This document shows positions 50,273-63,359 of a stretch of DNA of 64,000 nt, in pieces (position 1 is the stretch's first letter; every line of letters begins with the position of its first letter). The translations under genes were made by a program, and so were the position numbers. Below the pieces are notes generated by a model, which was not told where the DNA came from, did not search any database, and was given only the letters and a program-made list of their open reading frames with translations. The stretch is from Squalus acanthias (taxonomy: Eukaryota), in contig CM059425.1 of NCBI GenBank assembly GCA_030390025.1, positions 171,556,001 through 171,620,000 on the forward strand. Reading direction: 5' to 3'.

Positions 50273-50389
50273 CGACTGCAGTGGTTCAAGAAGGTGGCTC
50301 ACCAGCACCTTCTCAAGGGCAATTAGGGATGGGCAATAAATGCTGGCCTTGCCAGTGACGTCCACATCCCGGAACGAATAAAAAAAAAA
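50273..50389 (+). mobile_element. LINE 3' end with A-rich tail
   Basis: gactgcagtggttcaagaagg...cttctcaagggcaattagggatgggcaataaatgctggcc...gaata(a)n reads LQWFKKVAHQHLLKGN* followed by a UTR. Confidence 0.65.
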
Positions 50390-51125
50390 GGTGCAGTTCT
50401 TACATTTCTAGCTTGTACAGACCTTCCTCCAGCAAGGTCCACAGCCAGAAACTTAAAAATAACAAACATGACTTAGGAACAAATGTCCCAGATAGGGAGA
50501 GTCTGTCTTTATGTGCATGTTCATATTTCAGTGGAAAATGTTGCACTACACAAGTATGCCACTGAAGAGAGTCTCTCTGTCAGGACACCTCTTAAAATTA
50601 AAAGGTTAATTTATGATCAACTTTAACATGTTTTTTTCTGTACTTTTTTGAGGCAGGAGTAAGTTGTGAGCACTTGCTGGTGAGATCAATAAAGTTAATA
50701 TGCTCAGCAAGCAGAATTAACCTAGTTAAAGTGACAAAAAGCACCTCACTAGAGCATTCCAAGTTAATTACTTATCTAATGACATTAATCCAGCTTCTTA
50801 ATTGTGCCTGGCTTGGTATCCCAGGTGATAATATCTCTCCCTGATTAAATATATTGTATGTTAGCAACCATGGATAAATGTACCATATGATGTGCTGCTA
50901 AGCCGTATGGACCAGAAGGTTCAAGGCATTTATATATTGGCACATCTTAAGTTGAGATCACAGGAAAATGCTACACGCGTGGCAGTTCCCTACATTTACA
51001 CTGCCAAAACTGGCTTCCTTATCCTCATGTAGACTCATAAAAGTTGGATCTATGTCCTAATCGACCTAATTGGACACGGTATCAGCGGCGGCGGAACCTC
51101 CGACGATTTCCAAAAAAACAAGGAG

Positions 51126-51133
51126 TGACGTCA
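51126..51133. promoter_or_regulatory. CRE palindrome TGACGTCA in the CpG-rich putative CR1 5' UTR
   Basis: Exact CRE octamer. With the nested CR1 removed, it lies about 18 bp from an inverted CCAAT (attgg, 54215-54219). Confidence 0.4.
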
Positions 51134-51146
51134 CAGACAGCAGGTA

Positions 51147-54100
51147 CATAAGAACATAAGAAATAGGAGCTGGAGTAGGCCATTTGGCCCCTCGAGCCTG
51201 CTCCGCCATTTAATGAGATCATGGCTGATCTGATCTTGGGCTCAGCTCCATTTCCCTGCCCGCTCCCCATAACCCATCACTCCCTTATTGTTCAAAAATC
51301 TGTCTATCTCTACCTTAAATATATTCGATGACCCAGCCTCCACAGCTCTCTGGGGCAGAGAATTCCACAGATTTACGACCCTCTGAGAGAAGAAATTCCT
51401 CCTCATCTCAGTTTTAAATGGGCGACCCCTTATTCTGAAACTATGCCCCCTAGTTCTAGATTCCCCCATGAGGGGAAATATCTTCTCTGCATCTACCTTG
51501 TCGAGCCCCCTCAGTATCATATATGTTTCAATAAGATCACCTCTCATTCTTCTAAACTCCAATGAGTATATGCCCAACCTGCTCAACCTTTCTTCATAAG
51601 TCAACCCCCTCATCTCAGGAATCAACCTTGTGAACCTTCTCTGAACTGCCTCCAATGCAAGTATATCCCTCCTTAAATAAGGAGACCAAAACTGTACGCA
51701 GTACTCCAGGTGTGGTCTCACCAATACCCTGTACACTTGTAGCAGGACTTCCCTGCTTTTATACTCCAACCCCCTTGCAATAAAGGCCAACATTCCATTT
51801 GCGTTCCTGATTACTTGTTGTACCTGCATGCTAACCTTTTGTGTTTCATGCACAAGGACCCCCAGGTCCCTCTGTACCGCAGCATTTTGTAATCTCTCTC
51901 CATTTAAATAATAATTTGCTTTTTTATTTTTCCTGCCAAAGTGGATAACCTCACACTTTCCCACATTATACGCCATCTGCCAAATGTCTGCCCACTCACT
52001 TAGCCTGTCTATATCCCTTTGCAGATTCTTTGTGTCCTCTTCACAACTTGCTTTCCCACCTATCTTTGTATCATCAGCAAATTTGGCTACATTACACTCA
52101 GTCCCTTCATCCATGTCATTAATATAGATTGTAAATAGTTAAGGCCCCAGCACTGATCCCTGTGGCACCCCACTAGTTACCGTTTGCCAACTAGAAAATT
52201 ACCCATTTATCCCGACTCTGTTTTCTGTTAGTTAGCCAATCCTCTATCCATGCTAATATATTACCCCCAACCCCATGAGCTCTTATCTTGTGCAGTAACC
52301 TTTTATGTGGCACCTTACTGAATGCCTTCTGGAAATCCAAATACACCACATCCACTGGCTCACCTTTATCCACCCTGCTCGTTACATCCTCAAAGAACTC
52401 CAGCAAATTTGTCAAACATCATTTCCCTTTCATAAAACCATGCTGACTCTGCTTGACTGTATTATGATTTTCTAAATGTCCTGCTACTGCTTCCTTAATA
52501 ATGGACTCCAGCATTTTCCCAGTGACAGATGTTAGGCTAACTGGTCTATAGTTTCCTGCTTTCTGTCTCCCTCCCTTCTTAAATAGGGACGTTACATTTG
52601 CGGTTTTCCAATCCGCTGGGACCTCTCCGAATCCAGGGAATTTTGGTAGATTGCTACCAATGCATCCACTATCTCTGCAGCCACTTCTTTTAAGACCCTA
52701 GGATGCAGGCCATCAGGTCAGGGGACTTGTCCACCTTTAGTCCCATTATTTTACCGAGTACTTTTTCTTTAGTGATAGTGATTGTTTTAAGTTCCCCCTC
52801 CCTATAGCCCCTTGATTATGTATTATTGGGATGGTTTTAGTGTCTTCTACCGTGAAGACTGATACAAAATATTTGTTCAAAGTCTCTGACATTTCCCTGT
52901 TCCCCATTATTAATTCCCCAGTCTCATCCACTAAGGGACCAACGTTTACTTTAGCTACTCTCTTCCTTTTTACATACATGTAGAAGCTCTTACTGTCTGT
53001 TTTTAAATTTCTTGCTAGTTTACTCTCATAATCCATCTTCTCTCTATTATTTTTTTAGTCGTCCTTTGCTGGTTTTTAAAATTTCCCAATCCTCTGGCCT
53101 CCCACTAATCTTGGCAACATTGTATGCATTTGTTTTCAATTTGATACCATCCTTTACTTCCTCAGTTAGCCACGGATGGTTCTCCCTTCTCTTAAAGTCT
53201 TTCCTTCTCACTGGAATATATTTTTGTTGAGGAATATTATTTTAATGGAATATCTTCCTAAATGTCTGCCATTGCTTATCAACCATCTTACCCTTTAATC
53301 TATTTTCCCAGTCCACTTTAGCCAACTCTGCCTTCATACCTTTGTAATTGCCTTTATTTAAGATCAGGACACTTGTTTGAGACCCAAATTTCTCACCCTC
53401 CAATTGAATTTGAAATTCTCTTTTCTAGAGGATCCTTTACTATGAGATCATTTATTAATCCTGTTTCATTACACAGTACTAGATCGAAGATAGCCTACTC
53501 CCTCGTTGGTTCCACAACATATTGTTCTAGGAAACCATCCCGGATACACTCTATGAACTCTTCCACGAGGCTACCTTGGCCAATTTGATTTGTCCAATCA
53601 ATATGAAGATTAAAATCGCCCATGATTATTGCTGTACCTTTCTTACAAGCCTCCATTATTTCTTGATTTATACTCTGTCCTACAGTGTAGCTACTGTTAG
53701 GGGGCCTATAGACTATGCCCACCAGTGACTTCTTACCCTTATTATTTCTTATCTCCACCCAAACTGATTCCACATCTTGCTCTTCTGAGCCAATATCATT
53801 TCTCACTACTGCACTGATCTCATCCTTTATTAACAGAGCTACCCCACCTCCTTTTCCTTTCTGTCTATCCTTCCGAAATGTCAAACACCCCTGAATATTC
53901 AGTTCCCAGCCTTGGTCACCTTGCAACCACATCTCTGTAATGGCTATCAGATCATACCCATTTATATCTATTTGTGCCGTCGACTCATCTATCTTGTTAC
54001 GAATGCTGCGTGCATTCAGATAAAGAGCTTTAATTTTGTCTTTTTACTATTTTTCCGTGCTTTGACCCCACTTTCTGATGCACTCTTATTTTTATACGTT

Positions 54101-54205
54101 CTGTCCCTTCCTGTCACACTCTGGTTACCATTACCCCATCGCTACCCTGCTCTAATGCCTTCTCCTTTCTCTTTAACTTTTTAAACTCCCGCTCACCTGA
54201 ACCCT
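51147..54205 (-). mobile_element. CR1 with near-complete ORF2, lacking ORF1, inserted antisense into the host CR1 5' UTR
   Basis: ORF fragments 53495-53932 (EN), 52746-53036, 52191-52415 and 51242-52114 (RT). Tail (cataagaa)2. TSD aggta at 51142-51146 and 54206-54210. Confidence 0.92.
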
Positions 54206-55717
54206 AGGTAGGTGATTGGTCGGTGAGTATTAAGGTTTTTCTTTCTCTCTAACCTAGGACAGTGGTTTAAACTAGGTGCGGGAAACTACAAAGTACTGTA
54301 TTAAATTTATAGCTTAACTAGTGAAACTAATTAATATAACTATAAATAATCGTTCAATAAAGACTTTAACTAATTAAATAAAAAAAAGAAGGCTAGACTA
54401 AGATATGCAGGGCAGGTTGTGTGTCTGGACTGCAGTATGTGGGAGTTTGTGGACAGCGAGACTGTCCCAAACGAACACGCCTGGAGGAGATGTCTCCATC
54501 TCGCATCTCTCCTGCTCAGAGTCATTGAGCTGGAGTGCGAGTTGGAGACGCTCCGACACATAAGGGAGGGGGGAAGGAATTTCTAGACAGTTTTATCCAG
54601 AATACAGTCACACCCCAGAGGAAAGCACAGGTTCAGGAATGAGATGGTGTGACTGCGAGGGAGCCGGGTAGCGGCTGAGAGGTTGAGAAGGAGGTCCCGC
54701 AGACACTGGTCCTGTCCAACAGGTACGATGTACTCGCTACCTGTGAGGACAAGGAGAAAGACTGCAGGGGGGACAGCCACAATGTAGACCAAGGCACCGT
54801 GGCTCAGAAGGCTGTCCGGGGGGGGGGGGGGGAAAGAGCAGAATAGAAATGTGGTAGTGATAGGGGACTCTATAATTAGGGGAATAGATAGCGTCCTCTG
54901 CAGCCAAGAATGAGAATCCCGAAAGGTGTGTTGCCAGGTTAAGGGATATCTCACGGCAGCTGGAGAGGAACTTGAAAAGGAAGGGGGTAAATCCAGTTGC
55001 CGTGGTCCATGTTGGAACAAACAACATAGGTAGGAACAAGGAGGAGGTCCTGCTGAAAGAGTATCAGGAATTAGGCTCTAAATTAAAAAGCAGGACCTCG
55101 AGGGTAATAATCTCTGGATTATTGCCCAAGCCACGTGCAAACTGGCATAGAAGCAGACAGATCAGGAGAATTAACACATGGCTAAAGGGCTGGTGTGGGA
55201 AATAGGGGTTCCTTTTCATGGGGCACTGGCACCAGTTCTGGGACAGGAAGGAGCAGTACCGATGGGACGGGCTCCACTGAACCAGGATGGGACCCGTGTC
55301 CCAGCGGAAAGGGAGGTGGCAAAGGCTTTAAACTAGTAAGATGGGGGGAGGGATCTACAGAAACGTAACCAGCCTAATTATAAACAAAAAAGGAAAAGAC
55401 AGTATAGGAAAGAATAAAGTAAGGGAGGACATTGATGGCAAGTGAATAAATAGAGTTATAGAACAGGAGTCTAAAAAGATGGTTAAGCATAAAGTGATAA
55501 TTAAAAATAAGTTAAACTGTCTGCGCAGCAATGCACACAGTGTCCGTAATAAAACAGAGGAGCTGGAGGCAATCATGCGATGCGAGGAACCAGATATAGT
55601 AGCTACATGGCTACAGAAAAATCAGGACTCGGAATTAAACATTGCAGGGTATAACATATTTAGAAAACTGTCTTCACCTTTGACAACCAGTTTTTTACCC
55701 AAACACACGGAACAGCC

Positions 55718-56905
55718 ATGGGGACCAAATTCGCACCCCAATACGCCAACATCTTCATGCACAAGTTCGAGCAAGACTTCTTCGCTGCACAGGACCTCCA
55801 ACCAACGCTGTACACCAGATACATCGACGACATCTTCTTCCTTTGGACCCACGGCGAAGGATCACTGAAAGGACTAGATGATAACATCAACAGGTTCCAT
55901 CCCACCATCAAACTCACCATGGACTACTCCTCAGAATCGGTTTCATTCTTGGACACACGAATCTCCATCAAAGACGGACGCCTCAGCACTTCACTCTACC
56001 GCAAGCCCACGGACAACCTCACGATGCTCCACTTCTCCAGCTTCCACCCTAACCACGTTAAAGAGGCCATCCCCTATGGACAAGCCCTGCGAATACACAG
56101 GATCTGCTCAGACGAGGAGGAACGCGATGGACACCTACGGACGCTGAAAGACGCCCTCGTAAGAACGGGATATGACGCTCGACTCGTCGATCGACAGTTC
56201 CGACGGGCCACAGCGAAAAACCGCATAGACCTCCTCAGAAGGCGAACACGGGACACAACCAACAGAGTACCCTACGTCGTCCAGTACTTCCCCGGAGCGG
56301 AGAAACTACGCCATGTTCTTCGCAGCCTTCAACATGTCATCGATGACGACGAACACCTTGCTAAGGCCATCCCCACGCCTCCACTACTCGCCTTCAAGCA
56401 GCCGCCTAACCTGAAAAGTACCATCGTTCGCAGCAAATTACCCAGCTGTCAGGAGAACAGCGACCACGACACCACACAACCCTGCCACGGCAACCTCTGC
56501 AAGACATGCCAGATCATGAACACAGATACCGTCATCACACGTGAGGACACTACCCACCAGGTACATGGTACATACTCATGTGACTCGGCCAACGTTGTCT
56601 ACCTGATACGTTGCAGGAAAGGATGTCCCAGAGCATGGTACATCGGCGAGACCTTGCAGACACTGAGACAACGTATGAACGGACACCGCACAACAATCGC
56701 CAGGCAGGATTGTTGCCTCCCAGTCGGGGACCACTTCAGCAGTCAAGGACATTCAGCCTCGGATCTGCGGGTTAGCGTCCTCCAAGGCGGCCTTCGAGAC
56801 ACACGACAACGCAAAATCATCGAGCAGAAACTGATAGCCAAGTTCTGCACCCATGAGGACGGCCTCAATAGGGATATCGGGTTCATGTTACGCTACAGAA
56901 CGTGA
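55718..56905 (+). pseudogene. Truncated PLE RT C-terminal half plus GIY-YIG endonuclease, 395-aa open frame
   Basis: RYIDDIF, LYRKPT, PCHGNLCKTC, VYLIRC...YIGET. The N-terminal RT motifs are missing. Confidence 0.9.
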
Positions 56906-57154
56906 CTCGACATCGTTGTCTGTCTTTCCAGTTTTAAAAAAAAAACACAAAAAAAACAACCCCCAAAAAAACACACACAAAAAAACACTGCAGACAGCAG
57001 GATTTGACACGTTGGTCCCCCTGTGACACATCTCATTGTCTTGGCTGTGCTCTTGGTGTGTCTTTGATGTAAGGACACCTTCCCTGAAAGATTGTATCTC
57101 TGCAGTTTCTGTGTTTATATACTGTGAAATATTGTAGATTCACTCACTGTAACT

Positions 57155-57192
57155 TTACCTGAGGAAGGGGCGACAGCTCCGAAAGCTTGTAA
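57155..57192 (+). ncRNA. Minimal hammerhead ribozyme motif
   Basis: TTAC-CTGAGGA-A-GGGGC(GACA)GCTCC-GAAA-GC-TT-GTAA. Confidence 0.8.
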
Positions 57193-58324
57193 TTTTAAAT
57201 AAATCTGTTGGACTATAACCTGGTGTTGTGCGACTTCTCATATTTAGAAAAGATAGAGAGAGGGAAAAAGAGGAGATGGAGTAGCTGTACTTATTAGGGG
57301 TAACATAATGGCAGTAGAAAAAAGTGACGCAGTTATCATCAAGACAGAAATAGAATCCACATGGATAGAGATAAAAGATAATAAAGGATCAATCACACTA
57401 ACAGGTGCAGTCTACAGGCCACCTAATAGTGGAAGGGAGGTGGAGGAAGAAATATGCAGACAAATTAGGGAAATTAGTAAAAAAGAGAATAATAATCATG
57501 GGGGATTTCAACTACCCCGATATTAATTGGACAGAAGAGATAGGCAAAGGGGATAAGGGAATGAGTTCCTACAATGTGTATAGGACTCCTTTCTAACCCA
57601 ATATGTAAAAAGCCCAACAAGGGAGGATTCGCTATTAGATCTAGTAATGGGGAATGAACCAGAGCAGATAAGAGAAGTAAAAGTACGGGAACATCTAGGC
57701 AATAGTGACCATAATATAATACGCTTTAAGATGATAATTGAGAAGGACATAAGCATGCCGAATACCAGGGGAACAGATTGGCGAAATGCTGATTTTGAGA
57801 GGCTGAGAATAGAACTTGAGAAAATAAAATGGGCAACAATATCGGCAACAACGATGTAGAACAGCAATGGGAAAGATTTAAAACGGTGTTCAACAGAGTG
57901 CAGGAACAATATATTCCACTAAAAGGAAAGAAAAACTAAACACTAATGAGAATCCATGGATGAATAAAGCCATAAGGGAACATGTGAGGTAAGGAAAGAG
58001 GCACACATTAAGTACAAAGACAGCAGGGGAGTGCATGATAAGGGAGAATACGAAGAGATTAGGAGAGAAGTCAAAAAAACAATTAGGAAGGCAAAGAGGA
58101 ACTATGAAATTAAATCAAGGAACAGAAAATAAAATAGAAAAATATTTTACAGGCACATCAATAAAAAAAGGAAGATTGGGATGGGAATAGGGCCATTAGG
58201 GATAGACAGGATAATACCACGGGTAAAGATAGAGAGATGGCAGAAATATTAAATAATTATTGTGCTACACATATTTAATAATTCGTTAGAAAAAGGTGTA
58301 GTGCCAGAGGACTGGTGGATAGTT

Positions 58325-59459
58325 TGTGAAGGAATAAGCCATAAAATCTATTCAGAAAAATACACCATTGTATGAAAGAATTCTGGCCTTATTAAAACAT
58401 GACAAACTGGGTTTGGAAATCTGGAAGCCTCAACAATCTAAAGCTTTAGTAGCATTCTGGCAATAGAGATAAGATAGTTGTTGACACTGAATCAATAACC
58501 TTATTGAAACAGAAGGTTAAAGGCTCCTGACAGTCTGAATCTTTCGGAAGAAACAAAGGTTCACCCTGTATAAGGTGTTCTAATTTACACTTCGCAAAGA
58601 GGCACAAACAGAAGGCCTTAGTAAAGATGACATCAAATGAAATGCACCTGCTGTTACACCATTTTTTATGGTAAGCGTCGAACACCTAGAGGAGAGACAC
58701 GAGTCTGTATTGCTACCAGCTGAGGTGACTAAGAATTGCAGAAGTCAGCAGAAAAATGACTAGAGATAATTAGCTTACATCAGCAGAAAACCTTAAAGGG
58801 AATCACTGGAAAAGGGTATAAATATTGAGCTCTCAAATGGGATAATAGATTCGCTGTAAAGGGGCAAAGCGATTCTCAGGCTTCAGAGGCGGCTCTGTAA
58901 GTCTCCAACTCTTTGTACCTCGGGGATCAAAAGGTACTGTATTTGATTTTGGTGGATATCCTGAATAAGACTAAGAACTGTAAAACTGTAGCGAAGTTAA
59001 GATTTGAGAATAAGGATCTCTGATAATAAGATTGTAAAGCTCTCTCTTTTTGGAACTGTTAATGTTGCGATTGACTCACCAACTGTAAATTACATGTCGG
59101 TTCTTTAATAAATCTATATATTTTTAGAATTGTCTCACATAATACTTCTGTATCAAACTCGTGAACTCAATCTCTGTACACTCTTTGGTGAGGAGTTGCA
59201 GAATTCTGAGGGAGTTTTCCGGACCCTCATAATATCCGGAACGTTACAGTCTAGCTAAACTTATTAAAAGTGCTATCTGGAGGATGGTAACATCTTCAGG
59301 TTGTTCCTTTCCTTTAGGGAGAGATGGTCCAGACCTTTAGACCCAATTAAGTGTCTTTAGGATTCGGCTACCTGAAACTTTAGTTGAAAGTGAACGTCTG
59401 GGGAATACGCCTGATCTGGGGTAGCCCTAAAGGGGCTAGGACTAGTAATTATCCCTTCA
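58325..59459 (+). mobile_element. Putative solo LTR, 1135 bp (endogenous retrovirus or LTR retrotransposon)
   Basis: TG...CA ends with an imperfect inverted repeat (tgtgaaggaataa and ttatcccttca). 4-bp TSD agtt at 58321-58324 and 59460-59463. TATAAA at 58817 and AATAAA at 59107. The CR1 frame VPEDWWIV|NITKFKKG rejoins when the insert is removed. Confidence 0.72.
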
Positions 59460-59935
59460 AGTTAACATAACAAAATTTAAGAAGGGGGATACAACATGTC
59501 CAGGGAATTATCGATCAGTCAATTTAACATCGGTGGTAGGAAAAATAATAGAATCACTACGAAATGAGAAAATAGAAGAACATCTAGAAACCAAAAGCAT
59601 AGTAATGAACAGTCAGCATGGATTTCAAAAGGGAAAGTCTTGCTTGACTAACCTCATGGAATTTTTTGAAGAGGTAACAGAGAGAGTAGACAATGGTAAT
59701 GCAGTAGGTGTAATTTATCTAGATTTTCAAAAGGCCTTCGATAAGGTACCACATAACAGACTAATGAATAAGGTCAGAGAATGCGGAGTCGGGACAAGTA
59801 GCAGAATGGATTGCCATCTGGCTTCAAGACAGAAAGCAGAGAGTGGGAGTAAAGGGTAGCAATTCACAGTGGAAGAAGGTGGGTAGTGGTGTTCTACAAG
59901 GATCAGTGTTGGGACCACTGTTGTTCACAATTTAT

Positions 59936-61307
59936 ATAGAAACATAGAAAATAGGTACAGGAGTAGACCATTCGGTCCTTCGAGCCTGCACCGCCATTCA
60001 ATGCGTTCATGGCTGAACATGCTACCTCAGTACCCCATTCCTGCTTTCTCGCCATACCCCTTGATCCCCCTAGTTGTGAGTGTTATATCTAACTCCCTTT
60101 TGAATATATTTAGCGAACTGGCCTCAACAACCTTCTGTGGAAGAGAATTCCATAGATTCACCACTCTCTGGGTGAAGAAGTTCCTCCTCAGCTCAGTCTT
60201 AAATGGCTTCCCCTTAATCCTTAGACTGTGACTCCTGGTTCTAGTTTTCCCTAACATTGGGAACATTCTGCCCGCATCTAATTTGTCTAAACCAGTCAGG
60301 ATTTTAAATGTCTCTATAAGATCCCCCCTCATTCTTCTGAACTCCAGAGGATACAAGTTCAGTTGATCCAGTCTTTCTTGATATGTCAGACCGGCCATCC
60401 CAGGAATCAATCTAGTGAACCTTCGCTGCACTCCCTCAATAGCAAGAATGTCCTTCCTTAAGTTAGGAGACCAAAACTGCGCACAATACTCCAGGTGTGG
60501 CCTCACCAAGGCCCTGTACAACTGCAGCATCACCTCCCTACTCCTGTACTCAAATCCCCTTACTATGAAGGCTATCATTCCGTTTGCTTTCTTGACTGCC
60601 TGCTGCACTTGCATTCCCACCTTCAGTGACTGATGTACCATGACGCCCAGGTCTCGTTGCACCTCCCCTTTCCCTAATCTGCCACCATTCAGGTAATAGT
60701 CCGCCTCTCTATTTTTACCACCAAAGTGGATAACCTCACATTTATCCACATTGTACTTCATCTGCCATACATTTGCCCATTCACCCAACCTGTCCAAGTC
60801 ACTCTGTAGCCTCCTAGCATCCTCCTCATTGTTCACACTGCCTCCCAATTTAGTGTCATCCGCAAATTTGGAGATATTACATTTAATCCCTTCGTCCAAA
60901 TCATTAATATATAATGTAAACAGCTGGGGTCCCAGCACTGAACCCTGCGGTACCCCGCTGGTCACTGCCTGCCATTCTGAAAAGTACCCATTTACTCCTA
61001 CTCTTTGTTTCCTGTGTGCCAACCAGTTCTGAATCCACGTCAGCACATTACCCCTAATCCCATGTGCTTTAACTTTGCTCACCAATCTCTTGTGTGGGAC
61101 CTTGTCGAAGGCCTTCTGAAAGTCCAAATACACCACATCTACTGGTTCCCCCTGTCCACGCTATTGGAAACATCCTCAAAAAATTCCAGAAGATTTGTCA
61201 AGCATGATTTCCCTTTCACAAATCCATGCTGACTTGGACCTATCATGTCGCCACTTTCCAAATGGTCTGTTATGACATCTTTAATAATTGCTTCCATCAT
61301 TTTACCC
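59936..61307 (-). mobile_element. Young 5'-truncated CR1 inserted antisense into the host CR1 RT region
   Basis: 369-aa uninterrupted RT C-terminus (60027-61136) with YLDFQKAFDKV, GVPQGSVLGP and KFADDTK. Tail atagaaacatagaaa. Confidence 0.93.
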
Positions 61308-63359
61308 ACGATTTAGACTTTGAAATCAAAAACACAATTTCAAAATTTGCGGATGACACCAAATTGGGGGAGGGATAGTCAATACTGAGGAGGACATTAA
61401 TAAACTTGCAGAATGGGCATATAATTGGCAAATGAAGTTCAACACAGATAAATGTGAGGTATTACATTTTGGTAGGAAGAATAGGGAGGTCACTTATTAC
61501 TTGGAGGGTGCGAGTCTAGGTAGGGTAGAGGAACAAAGGGATCTCGGAGTACAAATACACAATCACTAAAAGTTGCAACACAGGTTAGCAAGGCCATAAA
61601 AAAGCAAACCAAGCACTAGGGTTTATTTCTAGAGGTATAGAATTGAAAAGTAGGGAAGTTATGCTAAACCTGTATCGAACCTTGGTTAGACCACACTTAC
61701 GAGTACTGCATACAGTTCTGGTCGCCATATTATAAAAAGGATATAGAGGCGCTGGAGAGGGTGCAGAGATGATTTACAAGGATGATACCAGAAATGCGAG
61801 TGTATACATATCAGGAAAGGATGAACAGGCTGGGTCTCTTTTCTCTTGAAAAAAGGCTGAGGGGTGACCTAATAGAGGTCTTTAAAATTATGAAAGGTTT
61901 TGATAGAGTGGAGACAGAGAGAATGTTGGCACTTTTGGGGAAGAGCATAACTAGAGGCCATCAATATAAGATAGTCACCAAGAAATCCAATAGGGAATTC
62001 AGAAGAAACTTCTTTACCCAAAGAGTGGTGAGAATGTGGAACTCGCTACCACAGGGAGTGGTTGAAGCGAATAGTATAGATGCATTTAAGGGGAGGCTAG
62101 ACAAGCATATGAGGGGAAAAGGGAATAGAGGGTTATGCTGATAGATTTAGATGAGGAAAGACAGGAGGAGGCTCGAGTGGAGCATAAACGCCGACATGGA
62201 CTGGTTGGGCCGAATGGCCTGTTTCTGTGCCATATATCCCATGTAATCCTATAGGTTTGTGCCATCAGAATAAGGATGCCGATTTCAGCAGTGTAAACGT
62301 AGGGAACCAGCACATGTCCAACACTCTCCCATGATCCAAACTAAAGAGTAACGGCAACTTTAATTTTACGTAGTTCTTTTAATACAGGTGCTTCAGAGAA
62401 GACGTAGACGTTGATCAGTAGAAAAGTTAGGGGAGGTAACCAAATGGTTGGTCAAAGAGATGGGTCCTCAGGGGGCTTAGGGAGGGAGTTCCAGCAAGTC
62501 AGACAATAGCTGAGGGAGCGGGGATGCAAGTGGGTCAGAGTCAGAGGAACAGAATGTTGGGGCAGGGGACAGAACGTAGGGCTGGAGAAGATTGCAAAGA
62601 ATAGGGTGAGGTGAGGTTATGGAGGAATTTAAAGATGAGATGCAAATTTTAAATTTAATGCATTGGGGGAAGATTGCTGGAAAGCCCGTTGATGCATCTA
62701 TCTGGGGTTTCTGCCGATGTTCCAACAAAATTATAGCGGCCAATCAGGAGAACTCAGGTCCTACCCAAGTTCAGCCTCCACCGCACCCCCACCCAAACAA
62801 CTTAAATCCTTGCTCCACCCTCCCAGGCCCAGGAATTTCAGGGCCGTTATACCTTGAAGAGAACTTACATAACTACCGTACTTGACAAACTAAATCTGCT
62901 CCAAATGTTGGCCTTTTTTGTGGGATGGGGTAGAAGCAATACTGGAGATGTACTCGATAAATGTGCTCAAATATACTTCAAAACAATTGCACTAAACTCT
63001 CCAAGTAGTGGGACAATTGTAACAGAAACATAATGTTTATAGTATTTTTACTTGAATTGTGTGACTCCAGAGTAAATTTAAATATGAGAGCACAAAATGT
63101 CAGCCCATCTGCCGACTGTATCTACTCGCCAATGAGCTGTCAACATCATCATTTTTTACCATTAAACTGTCACTTCAACTGGTGCTCAGCAAAATAAATG
63201 AGGCATGTGTCAGAGGCACATCAGAAGATGGGCTAAACCATGTAGATTAACAGGTTACACTTGTAATAAAATAAAAACCCTAAAAGCAGACCGTTCATAC
63301 TGGAACTGAAGTTGTTTAGTTGAAACTCTGATACTTTTTTGCAGAAAGAAAAATGATTG

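Larger units (their letters stand above)
55668..57238 (+). mobile_element. PLE family A, 5'-truncated, no inverted arm and no 3' extension
   Basis: 13-bp TSD catatttagaaaa at 55655-55667 and 57239-57251. Coding part closely matches 1609-2845. Confidence 0.95.
51080..62252 (+). mobile_element. Apparently full-length decayed CR1 (5' UTR, ORF1 with Zn-finger and esterase, ORF2 EN-RT, 3' tail) split by four nested insertions
   Basis: 5' UTR at about 51080-51146 and 54211-54404. ORF1 CLDCSMWEFV...VIGDSIIRG...VHVGTNNIG...DGLH at about 54405-55335. EN from about 55515, continuing 57240-57750. RT at 59464-59935 and 61308-62140. Tail near 62250. Confidence 0.82.

Noticed and set aside
54972..55205. 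Stand-alone SGNH esterase gene
   Set aside because: It is part of the decayed CR1 ORF1, where an esterase domain is an established feature, and it has stops and frameshifts.
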